64,000 nucleotides of DNA from assembly GCA_002269645.1 (NCBI GenBank), contig NIVC01001387.1:66136-130135 (forward strand). Direction: 5' to 3'. The notes below the pieces were generated by a model that worked only from the letters and a program-made list of their open reading frames with translations, was not told where the DNA came from and did no database searches. A program made the translations under genes and the position numbers. This stretch comes from Macrostomum lignano. Lineage: Eukaryota. This document shows positions 58,601 to 64,000 of the stretch, piece after piece (the stretch's first letter is position 1; each line of letters begins with the position of its first letter).

Positions 58601-59279
58601 AAAAACCAGACCAGAAGCAAACAAGAAGCTCGCCAAAGCCATGCAAGATCAGTGCAGACTGCGTGAAACAGGGAGAATGAGTCAGGCGTTTTTATAGCGA
58701 GCTAAAGGGAAAAAAGTGGCTAATAAAACAAGCACATAAACAGCCCCCCACACACACAGATTAGTAGGCAGTGAACGGGACAGAAGCGGAGAGGTCACAG
58801 CACTAACTGGGGTCTATAGAAACGACCTTAGTAGATGTGGCAGAGAGTGCCCCCAGAGAGTGTGTGTGGGGGGGGGGGAAGAGGGCGAGGACGACGGGAA
58901 GAAGGGAGGATTGAAAAGTGTCCACCGTATCCCAGCCCACTCCCCATGCCTTCATGCGGACAGCGAGGGGAGGCAGAGAGGCCACAGGCCAGGTAAGAAG
59001 GAACGCAAGCGAACGAGTGTCCTAAACTCCTATATACCTTTGCGCCAGTATTCACAATTTCGTTCAAGGTCTGCAAGCTTAGCGCCATTACCCAGTAGGC
59101 CAAGTGAAACTTTACGGATGGTAGAAACCAATGAGGATTGAAAACAAATCCCTAAGCCTAAGAAGACGGCCGATACAGCCCAGTGGAAAATCCTAACCAA
59201 GAGGTTAACCGAGGTTCAAACTCGTGATAGTTCGGCGAATCGTTTTTTGACATCCCAAATGGGCGCCACCTGATAATTC

Positions 59280-59925
59280 CAGGAGACACAAAAAGAGAAG
59301 AGAAGGGAATTAAGGAGACACAGATAAGATAAGAGAAGGGAATAGGGAGACACAGATAAGGGAAGAGAAGGGAATTAGGGAGACACAGATAAGGGAAGAG
59401 AAGGGAATTAGGGAGACACAGATAAGATAAGAGAAGGGAATAGGGAGACACAGATAAGGGAAGAGAAGGGAATAGGGAGACACAGATAAGGGAAGAGAAG
59501 GGAATAGGGAGACACAGATAAGGGAAGAGAAGGGAATTAGGGAGACACAGATAAGGGAAGAGAAGGGAATAGGGAGACACAGATAAGGGAAGAGAAGGGA
59601 ATAGGGAGACACAGATAAGGGAAGAGAAGGGAATTAGGGAGACACAGATAAGGGAAGAGAAGGGAATTAGGGAGACACAGATAAGGGAAGAGAAGGGAAT
59701 AGGGAGACACAGATAAGGGAAGAGAAGGGAATTAGGGAGACACAGACAAGATAAGAGAAGGGAATTAAGGAGACACAGACAAGGGAAGAGAAGGGAATTA
59801 GGGAGACACAGACAAGATAAGAGAAGGGAATTAGGGAGACACAGGCAAGGGAAGAGAAGGGAATTAGGGAGACACAGGCAAGGGAAGAGAAGGGAATTAG
59901 GGAGACACAGACAAGGGAAGAGAAG
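59280..59925. repeat. 32-33 bp purine-rich minisatellite
   Basis: GGGAGACACAGATAAGGGAAGAGAAGGGAAT(T)A, about 19 copies. Confidence 0.96.
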
Positions 59926-60489
59926 GGAGGGTTGGAGGGTAGCAAAGTTGATTTTCTATTTGCAGAAGAAAAATCTAACACAAAATAACAATTTTATATA
60001 CATTGGATCTGCCCATAAAAACATCATATTTACACTCGCACGTTGCACTTTTGATGAAGCTGTTAATGCCAGGGCAGCTGGCGCGGAAGGGAAGCAGGCC
60101 ATGGCTATACAGTGTTCTCATATGTCTGCTCTGGCAATACTTCTCAAGGCGGAGAACTCGACACTATAGTTATTAGGACAGCCCATGACTAGCCACAACA
60201 GTTGGTCTCAGCTGCAGACTGGGCTAAACAGAATTAGTGTTTACCTTGGAGCCCGCATCGATGTAGGCTAAGGGGCAGATACAGTAGGGTAGCGTTAACC
60301 ACATAACAGCTCTGGTTTCAATTTCTTCATAGATAATTCAGAATCAGCTATTTAATTAGGTACCTAAATATAGATTCTATGAAGACTTCTATTAGATTAG
60401 TTAAGCTCGAACAAGCAGTACCCAAAATTCAATATTATTCTTTTTAAATTTAGCCATAGCAAAATATTCACTTTGAAGAATCTCACGCA

Positions 60490-61095
60490 ATCTTCCATTC
60501 AAGGTCTACGAATCTTACAAAATCTCACCTTCAAAGTCTACAAATTTCACAAAATTTCACCTTTAAAGTAGACGAATCTTACAAAATCTCACCTTCAAAC
60601 TCTACGAATCTCACAAAATCTCACCTTCAAAGTCTACGAATCTCACAAAATCTCACCTCTCACTTTCAAAGTCTACAAATATTACAAAATCTCCCCTTCA
60701 AAGTTTAAAAATCTCACAAAATCTCACCCTCAAAGTCTAAAAATCTTACAAAACCTCACCCTTAAAGTCTACGAATCTCACAAAATCTCACCTCTCACTT
60801 TCAAAGTCTACGAATCAATTACAAAATCTCACCTTCAAAGTCTACAAAAGTTACAAAATCTCCCCTTCAAAGTCTAAAAATCTCACAAAATCTCACCCTC
60901 AAAGTCTACGAATCTTACAAAATCTCACCTTCAAAGTCTACAAATCTTACAAAATCTCACCTTCAAAGTCTACAAATCTTACAAAATCTCCCCTTCAATC
61001 AAAGTCTAAAAATCTCACCCTCAAAGTCTACGAATCTAACAAAATTTCACCTTCAAAGTCTACGAATCTCACAAAATCGCACCTGAAAGTCTAAA
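60490..61095. repeat. About 32-bp minisatellite (AATCTCACAAAATCTCACCTTCAAAGTCTACG)
   Basis: Directly visible. Confidence 0.93.
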
Positions 61096-61564
61096 AATAC
61101 TATCGAAATCTCAGCTTCCTGCATGAAATCGAAATTTCAGAAAAAAGCAAGAAAATCCTGGTTACTAGTAGTTTCCCCAAAGTCATCTCCGAAATTCTCT
61201 AGTAGGGTGCTAAAAGCACACTAATGTTTGAAATAGCTAAGCAATCTTCGCAACCTGCTGGAAGCTGTCCCCAGTCTCAACACTGGCTGCCAGCCTCATT
61301 TTAACTGGGACAGCAAACAGCAAGACGGTTAAGAAAGAAAAATAGATTCATTCCAAGCCCCAGTAACGATTGGAAAGGGGAAGGCAGATGAATGACGAGC
61401 GGGTGGATGGAACTGATCTGAGGATCTGAGCGGGAAAAAACCTTCAGAAGAATGGATGGATTGACAAAAAATGATTTCACACCTTTGCGTTTGCTAAAAG
61501 CCCATTTTCAGCTGATGACATTGCGACACAGGTTAACTTTGACATTAACGATCGATTATATCAA

Positions 61565-62045
61565 CGATATGTAGCGTAATAAACTTTACCCAGTGTGCTA
61601 CAGATTAGACAAAACAAATGGACAATATGTAGCGTAATAAACTTTACCCAGTGTGCTATAGATTAGAAAAATTAAATGGACGATATGTAGCGTAATAAAC
61701 TCTACCCAGTGAGCTACATATTAGGAAAATCAAATGGACGATATGTAGCGTAATAAACTTTACCCAGTGTGCTACAGATTAGACAAATTAGATTGACGAT
61801 ATGTTAGCGTAATAAACTTTACCTAGTGTGCTATAGATATAGATTAAACAAATTAAATGGACGATACGTAGTGTAATAAACTTTACCCAGTGTGCTATAG
61901 ATTAGACAAATTAAATCGACGATATGTAGTGTAGTAAACTTTACCCAGTGTGCTATAGATTAGACAAATTAAATCGACGATATGTAGTGTAGTAAACTTT
62001 ACCTAGTGCATTATAGATGGAAGAAATAAAATTGACGATATGTAT
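61565..62045. repeat. About 60-bp tandem repeat
   Basis: ATATGTAGCGTAATAAACTTTACCCAGTGTGCTATAGATTAGAC..., about 8 copies. Confidence 0.93.
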
Positions 62046-62974
62046 TATAACAAACTTAAATACCTTACATGCGAAATAAAACTACATTTTATTTTACCAC
62101 AATCCCAATTCAATCTCGCAAATTAGTTTAACTAATTCAACGGGAGGTTAAAGAAGCTCAGAAGCCTCTAACTGTCTGCTGCTTCATGTCTGCCAGCCAC
62201 CTCCCTCCCCCTCCATAGTCTGCTTTGGAGCACAGGAAATTAATTTCTTGCCAGCAGTAGCAGAAGAAGGCGCAAATTGCAAAAGCACCGAATTCTGCGG
62301 GGGAAAACCAATTGGAATTGTTTCTTGAGAGAAGGGAGTGGGAAGAGAGTAGCAGTGGAACTTTTGCAGATTCAGAGATTAGACCATGGACTTCTAGACA
62401 TTGGATAGAACCTGGAACGGACACTTTCCAATCCAGATTCTAGATGTAAATTTACCATGGCATAGAATATTTTATTCCAGATTCTATATTAGGATTATCA
62501 TAGACTTATGTCAATAGTACTCCATATCCAGTCCAAGCCTGGAGAGTTCAGAAGGGGGAAATTGGGAGTCTAAAAATGCGAACAGAGCACACACGGCTTT
62601 CCCAACGCGCAGACTGCTGTCTGTCAGTAAGTACAGTGGCTGAAATTACAGCAGCCACTGCTAGCAGGGGTATTAGAGTATGAGCAAGCCGACTCTCTCA
62701 CCCATCAGCTTTGATGAGCTGCCAGCCATCAGATCCGATCCCAAATCTACAGAAATAGCAAATTCACTTTCACAAACATCCCACTGAGTGTGCGTATTAT
62801 GTATTATGCATTAATTCCTGTTTGGCTAAAAGTAACAAAGACGGAGAATTAGAAAGCCTTATATATTCCTTGTTGGTATAACTGCATGTGATTGAATTTT
62901 GCGAGGCAAAGACCGAGATTAAGGGCTTATTGAGTCGCTTATTGAGATTATATTGAGTCGGAGGCCGAAGGATC

Positions 62975-64000
62975 GGAGGTAGGGGCCTGAAGGATCGGAG
63001 GGTAGGGGCCTGAAGGGTCGGAGGGTAGGGCCTTGAAGGATCAGAGGGTAGGGGCCTGAAGGATCGGAGGGTAGGGGCCTGAAGGGTCGGAGGTTAGGGC
63101 CTTGAAGGATCGGAGGGTAGGGGCCTGAAGGATCGGAGGGTAGGGGCCTGAAGGGTCGGAGGGTAGGGCCTTGAAGGATCAGAGGGTAGGGGCCTGAAGG
63201 ATCGGAGGGTAGGGGCCTGAAGGGTCGGAGGGTAGGGCCTTGAAGGATCGGAGGGTAGGGGCCTGAAGGATCGGAGGGTAGGGCCTGAAGGATCGGAGGG
63301 TAGGGGCCTGAAGGATCGGAGGGTAGGGCCTGAAGGATCGGAGGGTAGGGGCCTGAAGGATCGGAGGGTAGGGGCCTGAAGGATCGGAGGGTAGGGGCCT
63401 GAAGGATCGGAGGGTAGGGGCCTGAAGGGTCGGAGGGTAGGGGCCTGAAGGATCGGAGGGTAGGGGCCTGAAGGATCGGCGGGTAGGGGCCTGAAGGATC
63501 GGAGGGTAGGGGCCTTGAAGGATCGGAGGGTAGGGGCCTGAAGGATCGGAGGGTAGGGGCCTGAAGGATCGGAGGGTAGGGGCTTGAAGGATCGCAGGGT
63601 AGGGGCCTGAAGGATCGGAGGGTAGGGAATGAAGGATCGCAGGGTAGGGGCCTGAAGGATTGGAGGGTAGGGCCTGAAGGATCGGAGGGTAGGGCCTGAA
63701 GGATCGGAGGGTAGGGGCCTGAAGGATCGGAGGGTAGGGGCCTGAAGGATCGGAGGGTAGGGGCCTGAAGGATCGGAGGGTAGGGGCCTGAAGGGTCGGA
63801 GGGTAGGGGCCTGAAGGATCGGAGGGTAGGGGCCTGAAGGATCGGCGGGTAGGGGCCTGAAGGATCGGAGGGTAGGGGCCTTGAAGGATCGGAGGGTAGG
63901 GGCCTGAAGGATCGGAGGGTAGGGGCCTGAAGGATCGGAGGGTAGGGGCTTGAAGGATCGCAGGGTAGGGGCCTGAAGGATCGGAGGGTAGGGAATGAAG
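62975..64000. repeat. 23-bp G-rich satellite (GAAGGATCGGAGGGTAGGGGCCT), runs off the window end
   Basis: About 45 copies. Confidence 0.98.

Noticed and set aside
62158-62424. WFSPAEF motif reminiscent of a SAND domain
   Set aside because: The rest of the domain (KDWK motif) is absent.

Overview
This is eukaryotic (metazoan) genomic DNA: AT-rich intergenic and intron sequence, GC-rich exons with poly-Q/A/S runs, GT-AG introns, and a different minisatellite in almost every intron. The architecture resembles a Macrostomum-type flatworm genome (inference, not verified). Host genes assembled by hand: intronless UBE2F (-), 3-exon SLMAP (-) including a tail-anchor exon missing from the ORF track, 6-exon UTP15 (+), a 3-exon divergent NR1-like nuclear receptor (+), a 4-exon GLIS1/3-type zinc-finger gene (+), and the 3' seven exons of a BRSK/SAD-1 kinase (-). 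Mobile DNA: a near-intact, recent Ngaro-type tyrosine-recombinase retrotransposon (46270-50628, split direct repeats A1-ORFs-B1A2-B2), a Crypton-like fragment, two tRNA-derived SINE families (one nested in the other), MITE/foldback elements and decayed Gypsy/hAT relics. The main candidate novelty is in the Ngaro element. Gag and RT-RNaseH are in the same frame, separated by one UGA in a UGA-CUA readthrough context. The ATG-less recombinase frame opens exactly at an in-phase U_UUU_UUA -1 slippery heptamer. Together these suggest a doubly recoded Gag-RT-RH-YR polyprotein. The element's B1/A2 recombination junction also folds into a bulged hairpin. All coordinates and translations were read by eye; repeat boundaries are approximate.
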